A stretch of 62,658 bases of DNA, the filler included. It is 7 parts of 7 records of this genome, joined end to end, with 100 filler letters (N's around TTAATTAATTAA, not from the genome) between each part and the next. Parts side by side here need not be neighbours in the genome. Positions count along the whole stretch, not along the records: positions 1 to 14,839 come from DRR723986_14777; positions 14,940 to 21,512 come from DRR723986_14783; 5 more parts are not named here. One strand, given 5' to 3'. A program made the position numbers and the translations under genes. Under the pieces are notes generated by a model that saw only the letters and a program-made list of their open reading frames with translations, was not told the origin of the DNA and ran no database searches. This document shows positions 9,744 to 18,521 of the stretch, in pieces; the first letter of the stretch is position 1, and each line of letters opens with the position of its first letter.

Positions 9744-10414
9744 TATTTTTCTGTTTCTAGTTTTGTGATTTTCCCTTGATTTTTCTCAAAATACTTACAC
9801 AAATGTGTCAGCGTACATTCTTCACACTTTGGTCTACGTGCCAAACAAACATATCGACCATGCAAAATCAGCCAGTGATGTGCGATGTGCACATATTCTT
9901 TGGGGATATGTCGGATAAGTTGCTTTTCTACTTCCAGTGGAGTTTTGGCAGTTTGGGAGACTAAGCCGAGTCTTTTTGAAACTCGGAAAACATGCGTATC
10001 CACAGCCATATTGGGCTGATTCCAAACAACTGAAGTGATCACATTGGCAGTTTTTCGACCCACTCCAGGTAGCTTGATCAACTCAGGAACGGTGGAAGGC
10101 ACCTCCCCACCAAAATCCTCCATCAACATTTTTCCCAAACCCAACAAATGCTTGGTTTTATTATTAGGGTAAGACACCGTCTTGATGTAAGGAAAAAGCT
10201 CATCAAAATTGGAAGCTGCCAAAAACTCCGGCCCTGGGAATTTCTCAAATAAGGCCGGCGTCACCATATTGATCCGCTTATCAGTGCATTGAGCAGAAAG
10301 AACCACAGCACATAAAAGCTGAAAAGGATTTTCATACTGAAGTTCAGTTTCAGCAATGGGCATATTCTCACGGAAGTGATTGATGATGGCTTCGAATCGT
10401 TCTTTTTTCAGCAT
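9743..10414 (-). CDS. nth: Endonuclease III
   Basis: LSAQCTD, HhH LPGVGRKTANV, AVDTHVFRV and the 4Fe-4S C-x6-C-x2-C-x5-C motif. Confidence 0.95.
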   Translation of the reverse strand: MLKKERFEAIINHFRENMPIAETELQYENPFQLLCAVVLSAQCTDKRINMVTPALFEKFPGPEFLAASNFDELFPYIKTVSYPNNKTKHLLGLGKMLMEDFGGEVPSTVPELIKLPGVGRKTANVITSVVWNQPNMAVDTHVFRVSKRLGLVSQTAKTPLEVEKQLIRHIPKEYVHIAHHWLILHGRYVCLARRPKCEECTLTHLCKYFEKNQGKITKLETEK

Positions 10415-10731
10415 TTTTATTCTTTTTTTAACCGCAGAGGAACACTGAGATTTACGCGGAGAGCACTATAATAAAGTGTTATTTTAAAATAAATTGACGC
10501 AACACTAGTGAATTTTAGATCACATTATAAGTCAGACAAAGCGAAGTCTAACTCTCAACTATCCTCTGAGCGGAATGCTAATTTATAAGATGCGCAGACC
10601 AATCCCATTTTTGTCAAGAAATAGGTTTAATAATATTCTTAAATAATGAGGATACGCTGTTTTAGTCAGATTGATAGCCATGGTAATTTTTTGGTGAAGA
10701 CATAAAGTTTAAATTCGGGAAACCACCAGCT

Positions 10732-11844
10732 ATGCGACACCTCAAAACCTTATTTGTACTTTTCTTTTTATCGGCTTCTACTGCTTTTCCACAAGAGAGA
10801 CCACGGGAAAAAGGGATCATATTTGGAGTACTTCCAACGGGAACATTGAATGCAATCACCGACGTACCGAGTGTAAAAGTCGGGCATTTCACTAAAATCG
10901 AAGGCGACAATATCCGCACAGGTGTTACTGCTATTTTACCTCATGGCGGTAATATTTTTCAGCAAAAAGTCCCCGCGGCCATTTACGTGGGAAATGGATT
11001 TGGCAAGCTCGCTGGCGTGACCCAAGTGCAGGAACTCGGGAATATTGAGACTCCTATTATTCTCACAAACACACTAAGTGTGGCTGCCGGAATCGAGGGA
11101 ACCGTTCGATATTCTTTGGAGCAAAATGAAAATGCCCAATCGGTAAATGCTGTAGTAGGCGAAACGAATGATGGCTACCTCAATGATATTCGTGGGATGC
11201 ACATTTCTCCTGAAGAAGTCATCCACACTATCAAATCTGCTAAATCTGGCAAAGTCGAGGAAGGAAATGTAGGTGCTGGTACGGGTACTGTTTGCTTTGG
11301 GTGGAAAGGAGGAATTGGAACTGCCTCGAGAAAACTACCTGAAAGCCTAGGGGGCTATACTGTCGGCATCCTAGTCCAAACCAATTTCGGAGGTAACCTG
11401 CAAATAGATGGAGTTGCCGTGGGCGAAAAAATGGGTAAGTATCCGTTTCGGGACGCGATGGAAAAATCGGATGGAAGCTGCATGATAGTTGTGGCTACTG
11501 ACGCTCCTGTGCTGGAAAGAAATCTGGAACGAATGGCAAAACGCGCCATGATGGGCCTGGCAAAAACAGGAGGTATAGCTTCCAATGGATCTGGGGATTA
11601 TGTGGTGGCTTTTAGCACAGCTGAGAAACTTCGTATTCCCTATTCAGCTAAATCGGGAACGTTGGAAAATGCCGAATTCATTCGAAATGACGATATGAGT
11701 TCCTTATTTATGGCAGTGATCGAAGCTACAGAAGAGGCAATTATAAACTCTTTATTTGCTGCTGAATCTCTGGAAGGAAAGGACGGGCACCGTGTGGAGC
11801 AATTACCTATCGATCAGGTGATGAAGCTGATGAAAGAAAAATAA
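10732..11844 (+). CDS. DmpA-like aminopeptidase (peptidase family P1) with signal peptide
   Basis: NAITDV, TGVTAILP, VVGETNDG, EGNVGAGTG, KGGIGTASR and autoproteolytic G|SCM site. Confidence 0.9.
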   Translation: MRHLKTLFVLFFLSASTAFPQERPREKGIIFGVLPTGTLNAITDVPSVKVGHFTKIEGDNIRTGVTAILPHGGNIFQQKVPAAIYVGNGFGKLAGVTQVQELGNIETPIILTNTLSVAAGIEGTVRYSLEQNENAQSVNAVVGETNDGYLNDIRGMHISPEEVIHTIKSAKSGKVEEGNVGAGTGTVCFGWKGGIGTASRKLPESLGGYTVGILVQTNFGGNLQIDGVAVGEKMGKYPFRDAMEKSDGSCMIVVATDAPVLERNLERMAKRAMMGLAKTGGIASNGSGDYVVAFSTAEKLRIPYSAKSGTLENAEFIRNDDMSSLFMAVIEATEEAIINSLFAAESLEGKDGHRVEQLPIDQVMKLMKEK

Positions 11845-11853
11845 ACCAAAAAA

Positions 11854-13848
11854 ATGGGGAGTATTGATCAGAAAAACCAATTGGAAGCAACTCATAGAGA
11901 TTGCTGCGCAGTGGATGAACAAGTAAATCATGGGCATTCCCAAGATGACGGGCATAATCACGATCACGCTGCGCCTGCGGGAGAAGGCAAGCTGAGATTC
12001 TTTGCTCCTGCAATTTTTTCTTTTGTGGTCATGATGCTAGGTCTAGGTTTTGACTATGTTTTCCCACAGAATTGGTTCCAAGGGTGGGTACGATTTGGTT
12101 GGTATTTAGTAGCCTATTTACCAGTTGGTTTACCAGTATTAAAAGAAGCCTGGGGAAGTATTTTGAAAGGAGATATTTTCTCAGAATTCCTGCTGATGGG
12201 AATTGCCACCGTGGGTGCATTCGCAATCGGAGAATACCCAGAAGGCGTGGCAGTAATGCTTTTTTATTCTGTTGGGGAGGTATTTCAGGCCATGGCAGTA
12301 ACGAAGGCTAAGACCAATATTAAGGCTTTGCTAGATCAGCGACCTGATGAAGTGACAGTTTTAGATGGCAATACTACCAAAACAATCAAAGCTGCCAATG
12401 CCAAGATTGGCGATATAATTCAATTGAAAGCTGGAGAAAAGTTAGGATTGGACGGAGAGCTGCTATCTGAAAAAGCTTCCTTCAATACCTCCGCTTTGAC
12501 TGGAGAAAGCAAGCCAGATTCCAAAGAAAAAGGAGAAGAGGTACTAGCAGGAATGGTTAATTTGAATACTGTTTCGCAGGTCAAAGTGACTACAGCATAC
12601 ACCGATAGCAAGCTTTCCAGAATTCTGGAATTGGTGCAAAATGCAACTGCCCAAAAGGCTCCAACAGAACTTTTCATCCGGAAATTCGCGAAAATCTATA
12701 CTCCAATTGTAGTTTTTCTGGCGATTGGAATTTGCTTTCTTCCTTTCCTATTTGTGGACAATTATGAATTCAGTGATTGGCTCTATCGTGCACTGATTTT
12801 CTTGGTGATTTCCTGCCCTTGTGGATTAGTGATCAGTATTCCCCTAGGATACTTTGGGGGAATCGGTGCAGCGAGTAAAAATGGCATTCTGTTCAAAGGA
12901 AGTAATTTCCTGGACAGTATTGCTCAGATCAGTCAGGTAGTGATGGACAAAACCGGAACGATGACTGAAGGTGTTTTTGATGTGCAAGAAGTCCATTTTC
13001 AGCCTGATTTCCTTGAATCTAGAATTCTTGATTTTGCCAATGCCTTAGAAAGCAAAAGCACCCACCCAATTGCTACAGCCATTAAAAAACACGTAGGCGA
13101 GATTGATTCCAGCATTATTTTGGAAAATGTAGAAGAGATTGCTGGACATGGGTTGAAAGCTCAGGTAGAAGGCAAGGAATTACTAGTCGGGAATTTCAAG
13201 TTGATGGACAAGTATTCGATTCCTTATTCTATCGATCCTTCCGGCATTGTTTACACCTTGGTGGCAATTGCCTATGAAGGGAAATTTGCTGGCTATTTGA
13301 CCATTGCGGATAGTATAAAGGCCGACGCTCTGCTCACGATAACTCAATTGAAATCTATGGGAGTCGGTATCTCGATGCTTAGTGGGGATAAAAGCAATGT
13401 GGTCAAGTTTGTAGAGAACAAATTAGGCATTCCGAATTCATTTGGAGATTTACTTCCTGAAGATAAAGTAAACAAAGTCAAAGAGATCAAAGCTCAAAAA
13501 GGAACAGTTGCATTCATTGGAGATGGAGTAAATGACGCTCCCGTTGTTGCCATTTCTGATGTAGGAATAGCAATGGGAGGTTTGGGAAGCGATGCTACAA
13601 TTGAAACTGCGGATGTGGTGATTCAGGATGATAAGCCAAGTAAAATTCCGATGGCGATTTCTATTGGGAAAAAGACCAAGAGAATTGTCTGGCAGAATAT
13701 AGGGTTCGCTTTTGGGATAAAAGTCGTGGTGTTAGTGCTCGGTGCATTGGGAATGGCTACCATGTGGGCAGCAGTTTTTGCAGATGTGGGCGTGGCATTG
13801 CTTGCAATTTTGAATGCGATAAGAATACAGAAAATGAAGTTTGATTGA
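11854..13848 (+). CDS. Heavy-metal P1B-type ATPase (Zn/Cd/Pb type)
   Basis: TGES, SCPC, DKTGT, HP, GDGVNDAP and ADVG motifs; His-rich N-terminus. Confidence 0.92.
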   Translation: MGSIDQKNQLEATHRDCCAVDEQVNHGHSQDDGHNHDHAAPAGEGKLRFFAPAIFSFVVMMLGLGFDYVFPQNWFQGWVRFGWYLVAYLPVGLPVLKEAWGSILKGDIFSEFLLMGIATVGAFAIGEYPEGVAVMLFYSVGEVFQAMAVTKAKTNIKALLDQRPDEVTVLDGNTTKTIKAANAKIGDIIQLKAGEKLGLDGELLSEKASFNTSALTGESKPDSKEKGEEVLAGMVNLNTVSQVKVTTAYTDSKLSRILELVQNATAQKAPTELFIRKFAKIYTPIVVFLAIGICFLPFLFVDNYEFSDWLYRALIFLVISCPCGLVISIPLGYFGGIGAASKNGILFKGSNFLDSIAQISQVVMDKTGTMTEGVFDVQEVHFQPDFLESRILDFANALESKSTHPIATAIKKHVGEIDSSIILENVEEIAGHGLKAQVEGKELLVGNFKLMDKYSIPYSIDPSGIVYTLVAIAYEGKFAGYLTIADSIKADALLTITQLKSMGVGISMLSGDKSNVVKFVENKLGIPNSFGDLLPEDKVNKVKEIKAQKGTVAFIGDGVNDAPVVAISDVGIAMGGLGSDATIETADVVIQDDKPSKIPMAISIGKKTKRIVWQNIGFAFGIKVVVLVLGALGMATMWAAVFADVGVALLAILNAIRIQKMKFD

Positions 13849-13896
13849 AAAAGTAGGATGTAGTGTGCCGGATGACCGGTGAAAATTAACTTAACA

Positions 13897-14274
13897 ATGA
13901 ACTCCTCCAAAAACAAAGAGAACGCGATCACTTTTTATAAGACTGCCTATGAAGGTAATCCGCGTAAAGCTGTAGAGTTATTCACAGGTGCTGAGTACAT
14001 TCAACACAATCCTGCAGTGGGTGATGGAAAAGAAGAATTCATCGCATACTTCGAGCGCATGCAAAGGGAATATCCAGACAAGTCAATTAAATTCGTCAGA
14101 GCAATAGCTGAAGGCGATTTAGTCGCATTACATACACATCAAACTTGGCCCGGAAATGATCAGTATGTCACCATGGACTTTTTCAGATTTGATGAGAATG
14201 GAAAGATCGTAGAGCATTGGGATGCTATTCAGCAAATCCCAGCAACTTCTGCGAATGGGAATACGATGTATTAA
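13897..14274 (+). CDS. SnoaL/NTF2-like protein
   Basis: YIQHNP.V.DG, IAEGDLV and DFFRFDENGKIVEHWD motifs. Confidence 0.85.
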   Translation: MNSSKNKENAITFYKTAYEGNPRKAVELFTGAEYIQHNPAVGDGKEEFIAYFERMQREYPDKSIKFVRAIAEGDLVALHTHQTWPGNDQYVTMDFFRFDENGKIVEHWDAIQQIPATSANGNTMY

Positions 14275-14278
14275 TAAG

Positions 14279-14641
14279 ATGATAAAAAAGGTAAATATTA
14301 ACGAGAAATTTGGCTTGATCAAGGAGCTTTGGACTCCCAAAATAATCGGAGAGCTAAACGGTCAGGACGTAAAGTTGGCCAAGGTAAAAGGTGAATTCGT
14401 TTGGCATAATCACACAGATGAAGACGAGCTTTTTCTGATTGTGAAGGGATCTCTAAAAATTGATTTTGAGGGAGAAAGTGTCACTCTGAACGAAGGGGAA
14501 ATGGTAGTCGTACCGCGGGGAGTAGAACACAGACCAATAGCCGAAGAGGAAGCCTGGGTCCTACTTTTTGAACCACAAAGCACCAAACACACTGGTGATG
14601 TCAGATCAGATTTGACTGTGGATAAGTTTGAAAAAATATAG
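14279..14641 (+). CDS. Cupin domain protein
   Basis: GEFVWHNHTDEDELF and VVPRGVEHRP cupin motifs; start moved to the ATG after the SnoaL stop. Confidence 0.85.
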   Translation: MIKKVNINEKFGLIKELWTPKIIGELNGQDVKLAKVKGEFVWHNHTDEDELFLIVKGSLKIDFEGESVTLNEGEMVVVPRGVEHRPIAEEEAWVLLFEPQSTKHTGDVRSDLTVDKFEKI

Positions 14642-14839
14642 GGTTAAGTATTAATTTGAAAACCAGTAAGGTTAGCGATAGTTTTCATTTTTCCTCAAAA
14701 AAATAATTAATTATTACCCTATTAAATTACTAGGATTTACCGTAAAATTGCAGCTTAATTAGCCCTATTGAAAGCAGTTGCATTTTCCTCCCTCTTCCTA
14801 TTCCTAAGTTTTTGGCCAAAATTAACCTTTGCTCAGAAG

Positions 14840-14939
14840 NNNNNNNNNNNNNNNNNNNNNNNNNNNNNNNNNNNNNNNNNNNNTTAATTAATTAANNNNN
14901 NNNNNNNNNNNNNNNNNNNNNNNNNNNNNNNNNNNNNNN
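14840..14939. other. Artificial contig-joining spacer
   Basis: N44-TTAATTAATTAA-N44 (stops in all six frames); composition changes across it. Confidence 0.98.
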
Positions 14940-15563
14940 CACATCCGAGCCGCCCTGTTTTTCGGTCATGCCCATGCCCACAGTAATGGACTGTTTTTCA
15001 TCGATGGGCACATTGCGGGGGTCATAGCCGCGATTCAATATTTTGGATTCGAAAATGGCAGCCACTTCCGGCTGTAAGCGAAAGCTTGGAATGGAGGCAA
15101 AGGTCATCGTGACGGGGCAGCCGTGTCCGGCCTCCACTTGGCTTTGCATGAATGCCTTGGCACCGCGCACCACATGTGCGCCCTCGCATGGGTGGGTCCA
15201 GGGCTGGCTGTGCAAGCCCTCTTCAAGGGCTGATTTCATGAGCTCATGGTAAGCACCGTGGTAGCGCACGGAATCGACCCGGTTGCCAAAGCGGTCATGG
15301 GTGTCCAGCTCAGGGGTGTATTTGTTGGCCAGAAAACCCAGCTCCAGGTATTCCGGTTTGCCACACTTTTCGCCAAAAGCGGCAATTTCAGACACGCCCC
15401 AGGCGCCACCCTCGCGCTTCACACCTTCGAGCAAAGCTGCATCAGTGGTAAACAAATTGTAGCTGTGCAATTCGTTGGCAACATTCTGTACCTGGTGGGT
15501 CTCGCCCACGATTGGGCTGGCTTGCAATTCTTTGGCGGTTTTCATGGCATTCATCCCGGTCAT
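14940..15563 (-). CDS. AidB-like acyl-CoA dehydrogenase, 3'-truncated
   Basis: THQVQN, HDRFGNRVD.V.YH.AYH.LM, EAGHGCPVTMT and GMGMTEKQGGSDV motifs; start uncertain. Confidence 0.85.
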
Positions 15564-15707
15564 TCTTGGAGTATCTCTTAATAATTACTCAATTTAATCA
15601 TAAATGCAAATACTTGTAATTAATGGGGTGCAATTACACCCATTCAGTGCTGGTTTTCTGTACAGCGCTATGGTAGAACGAAGGTGTGCTCACCACGGAG
15701 AAACACC

Positions 15708-16031
15708 ATGGCAACAACGCATCAAGTTGAAATTGATCTGAACACCCTTGTGATGCTGGTCAATGAAGTTGCCAAGGAGGACCCGCTTGATTATGGGGAC
15801 CTGGCCGTGGATGAAATGGCGCTGCGACATTCTTGTTGTCTGGGCGCTTTGAACATTCTTCAAAATGCAGCCATGTTTAAGGCTGAAGACCTGATCTATG
15901 TGCTGCTCAGCTCGATGGCGAAACTCATTGAGGAAAACGTGTTGTTGCATGCGCAGAACGTAGAGCGCGGCGAGCAAATTCGAAGTGAACTGGTGGTTCA
16001 AATACTGGACCGTGCCAAAAAAGGGCACTAA
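15708..16031 (+). CDS. Hypothetical protein (107 aa)
   Basis: GGAG RBS 7 nt before the ATG; helical-looking sequence; no family recognised. Confidence 0.65.
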   Translation: MATTHQVEIDLNTLVMLVNEVAKEDPLDYGDLAVDEMALRHSCCLGALNILQNAAMFKAEDLIYVLLSSMAKLIEENVLLHAQNVERGEQIRSELVVQILDRAKKGH

Positions 16032-16052
16032 AACCCCGGCCTGATAAAGCAC

Positions 16053-16079
16053 TCAAGTTTCAGCCCAGGCTGCCGTTAT
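16053..16079 (+). promoter_or_regulatory. Putative sigma28 (FliA) promoter
   Basis: TCAA-N15-GCCGTTAT versus consensus TAAA-N15-GCCGATAA. Confidence 0.6.
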
Positions 16080-16105
16080 CGAAATGACAGATACGGAGAA
16101 AAACA

Positions 16106-16309
16106 ATGGATGTGTCCCCCGCCGCCATGGTGAATGCCACGGTTCAGATGCAGCAAGCGCAATCAATTCAACAGGGCCAAATTGCAGTGTTCAAGAAAAC
16201 CATGGACATTGCTGAGTCGTCCGTGGCGCAACTGATCCAGTCAATTCCCCAGCCACCCGCGCTGGCCACCAGTGGTAATTTGGGTACGAAATTGAACGTG
16301 TACGCCTGA
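16106..16309 (+). CDS. YjfB family small protein
   Basis: 'QIAVFKKTMDI....VAQLIQS.PQP......GNLGTKLNVYA' pattern; GGAG RBS. Confidence 0.8.
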   Translation: MDVSPAAMVNATVQMQQAQSIQQGQIAVFKKTMDIAESSVAQLIQSIPQPPALATSGNLGTKLNVYA

Positions 16310-16333
16310 ACATCAGGCGATAGGTGGCTTTGG

Positions 16334-16939
16334 TCAGGCTTTGGTGGCCAGCATCAAGAAGCTTTGTTTTGCCGCTTGCTCAAGTTGCCTGCGGCTAAGG
16401 CTCGGGTCGTTGTCCTGGGCCAATTGTGAAACCAGCCCATGTATTTGAACAACGATCATTGCAGCCCTCAACTTGTATTCTGCCTTGCTGATTTTTGGCT
16501 CCAGGCCGTAAATCAGTTTGAAAATCTCTTTTCTCTCTCTGGCGTAAACAGCCTCGACCAAACGTGCTGCAAAAGGCAAGCGGTTTGACAAGGCATAGAT
16601 TTCTGCCAGTACACCAAAGGTTTCAGGCCGGCGAATTTCAATCAGAATCAAATCAATGATCGTTTTGAACCGCTCAAGCTGGCTTTTGTCGCTCATCGCA
16701 TTCATCACTTGCGCAACCGCAGCCTGGTAGTTGTCCATCACATAGGTCAGCAAGGCTTCAACCAGCGCTTCCTTATTGGTGTAGTAGTGCTGCACGGTGC
16801 TTAGCGAAATGCCCAATTGTGTAGCCACGCCGCGCATACTTAAGCCCGCATAGCCCTCGCTGGCCAGTATGGCCTGTGCGGTGCGCAAAATCTCCTGCGA
16901 GCGAATGTGACCCTTGTCAGTGGTGGCATGTGTATTCAT
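16334..16939 (-). CDS. TetR/AcrR family regulator
   Basis: HTH 'GYAGLSMRGVATQLGISLSTVQHYYTNKEAL'; divergent from an ACAD gene. Confidence 0.9.
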   Translation of the reverse strand: MNTHATTDKGHIRSQEILRTAQAILASEGYAGLSMRGVATQLGISLSTVQHYYTNKEALVEALLTYVMDNYQAAVAQVMNAMSDKSQLERFKTIIDLILIEIRRPETFGVLAEIYALSNRLPFAARLVEAVYARERKEIFKLIYGLEPKISKAEYKLRAAMIVVQIHGLVSQLAQDNDPSLSRRQLEQAAKQSFLMLATKA

Positions 16940-16984
16940 GTGCGTACTTTAACTCAAAAATTGCCCCCAATACGGACCTCATTG

Positions 16985-17040
16985 TTGACAAACAGGTCAT
17001 GTGACCTATAATCGATTCACTGCAACCGGTCGGTTGACCT
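16985..17040 (+). promoter_or_regulatory. Sigma70 promoter overlapped by two putative TetR operators
   Basis: TTGACA(16985)-N16-TATAAT(17007); palindrome AGGTCA-TG-TGACCT at 16994-17007 and CGGTCG-GT-TGACCT at 17027-17040. Confidence 0.75.
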
Positions 17041-17066
17041 ATAACTTTGAGAGTGTGAAGAGACAA

Positions 17067-18209
17067 ATGAGATACCCCAAGCCCAGCTGGATGAATTCCG
17101 ACCTCGAACTGTATCGTTCCAACATCCGCCGTTTCGTTGAAACCGAGATCAAGCCCAATCAGCACAAATGGGCCAAACAACAACACGTTGACCGTGAACT
17201 TTGGACCAAGGCCGGAGAAATGGGCTTGTTGTCGGCAGATATTCCCGAGGAGTACGGCGGTGCCGGCGGCGATTTCACGCACATGGCCGTGTTGTTTGAA
17301 GAATTGGCCTACAGTGGTGACCGTTCATTCGGTGTGCATGTGCATGCAATTGCAGCCCAGTACATTTTGAACCATGGCACTGAGGAGCAGAAACAATACT
17401 TCCTGCCCAAGATGGCCAGCGGCGAAATGATTGGCGCGATTGCCATGAGTGAACCTGGTGCCGGTTCAGACTTGCAGGGCATTCGCACCAGCGCGGTGAA
17501 AGAGGGCAATCACTATGTGGTGAATGGTTCCAAGATTTTCATTTCCAATGGTTATCTGGCCGACGTGATTATTCTGGTCACCAAAACTGACCCAAGCGCA
17601 GGCGCCAAAGGCACCACGTTGATGTTGCTGGAGACCAAGAAAGCCGAAGGTTTCAAAGTAGGTCGAATTCTTGAAAAACTTGGCCAGAAAGGGCAAGACA
17701 CCTGCGAGTTGTTCTTTGACAATGTGCGCATTCCCGCCCAAAACGTATTGGGTGCTGAGGGAATGGGATTCATGCAGTTGATGGTTGAGTTGCCCTACGA
17801 GCGTTTGATGCTGGGTGTGGGCGCCATGGCTGCGATTGAAATGGCCATTGAAATTACCCTGGAATACACCAAAGAGCGTAAGGCTTTTGGTAAATCCATT
17901 TTCGAGTTCCAGAATACACGCTTCAAAATGGCAGAGCTTAAATCTCAGGCGGTTGTAGCGCGGGCTTTCATTGACAACTCCATTGAAAAGCTGGTGGCGG
18001 GAAAGCTGGATGCAGCAACTGCATCGATTGCCAAATTGCATTTGAGTGAACTTGAATGCAAGGTGATCGATGAATGTCTTCAGTTCTTCGGTGGCTATGG
18101 TTACATGATGGAATACCCGATTGCGCAAATGTACGCGGATGCCCGCGTTCAGCGCATCTATGGTGGTTCTAGTGAAATCATGAAAGAGATTATTGCCCGG
18201 TCGCTGTAA
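17067..18209 (+). CDS. Acyl-CoA dehydrogenase (long-chain type)
   Basis: AIAMSEPGAGSDLQG, NGSKIFISNG, CLQFFGGYGYM and RIYGGSSEIMK motifs; start set downstream of the promoter. Confidence 0.92.
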   Translation: MRYPKPSWMNSDLELYRSNIRRFVETEIKPNQHKWAKQQHVDRELWTKAGEMGLLSADIPEEYGGAGGDFTHMAVLFEELAYSGDRSFGVHVHAIAAQYILNHGTEEQKQYFLPKMASGEMIGAIAMSEPGAGSDLQGIRTSAVKEGNHYVVNGSKIFISNGYLADVIILVTKTDPSAGAKGTTLMLLETKKAEGFKVGRILEKLGQKGQDTCELFFDNVRIPAQNVLGAEGMGFMQLMVELPYERLMLGVGAMAAIEMAIEITLEYTKERKAFGKSIFEFQNTRFKMAELKSQAVVARAFIDNSIEKLVAGKLDAATASIAKLHLSELECKVIDECLQFFGGYGYMMEYPIAQMYADARVQRIYGGSSEIMKEIIARSL

Positions 18210-18227
18210 GCTTGGGACGTGCATACC

Positions 18228-18253
18228 AAACCCGCCAGCCGGCGGGTTTTTTT
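18228..18253 (+). terminator. Intrinsic terminator
   Basis: AAACCCGCC-AGCC-GGCGGGTTTTTTT after the ACAD stop. Confidence 0.85.
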
Positions 18254-18301
18254 ATGGCCTTCACTCCCCCGCAAGTAGGGGGGATCCCCCTTTTTCAGAC
18301 A

Positions 18302-18328
18302 CTATTTTTCGCGATTTCCTGCCGACAA
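18302..18328 (+). promoter_or_regulatory. Possible sigma28 promoter of the chemotaxis operon
   Basis: CTATTTTT-N11-GCCGACAA; good -10, weak -35. Confidence 0.4.
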
Positions 18329-18521
18329 TTCTTTCATGGCATCGAGTTCGCCCATTGGGGTGGCTTGATTCTCTCTTGGCCAGATCACACGGTATCTATT
18401 CGGTTCCCGGATCACGCAGTTGACCAACGGTTGCCTTCTTGACGTACAAACGACCCTTTGATTTGGGCGATTTGTCACGCAAACGCCATTGCAAAGAACA
18501 CTTCTATTTGTGGGAACTCAA

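Noticed and set aside
18330..18521. c-di-GMP riboswitch upstream of the MCP
   Set aside because: GEMM core (GGCAAAC..GAAA..GACGCAAAGC) not found
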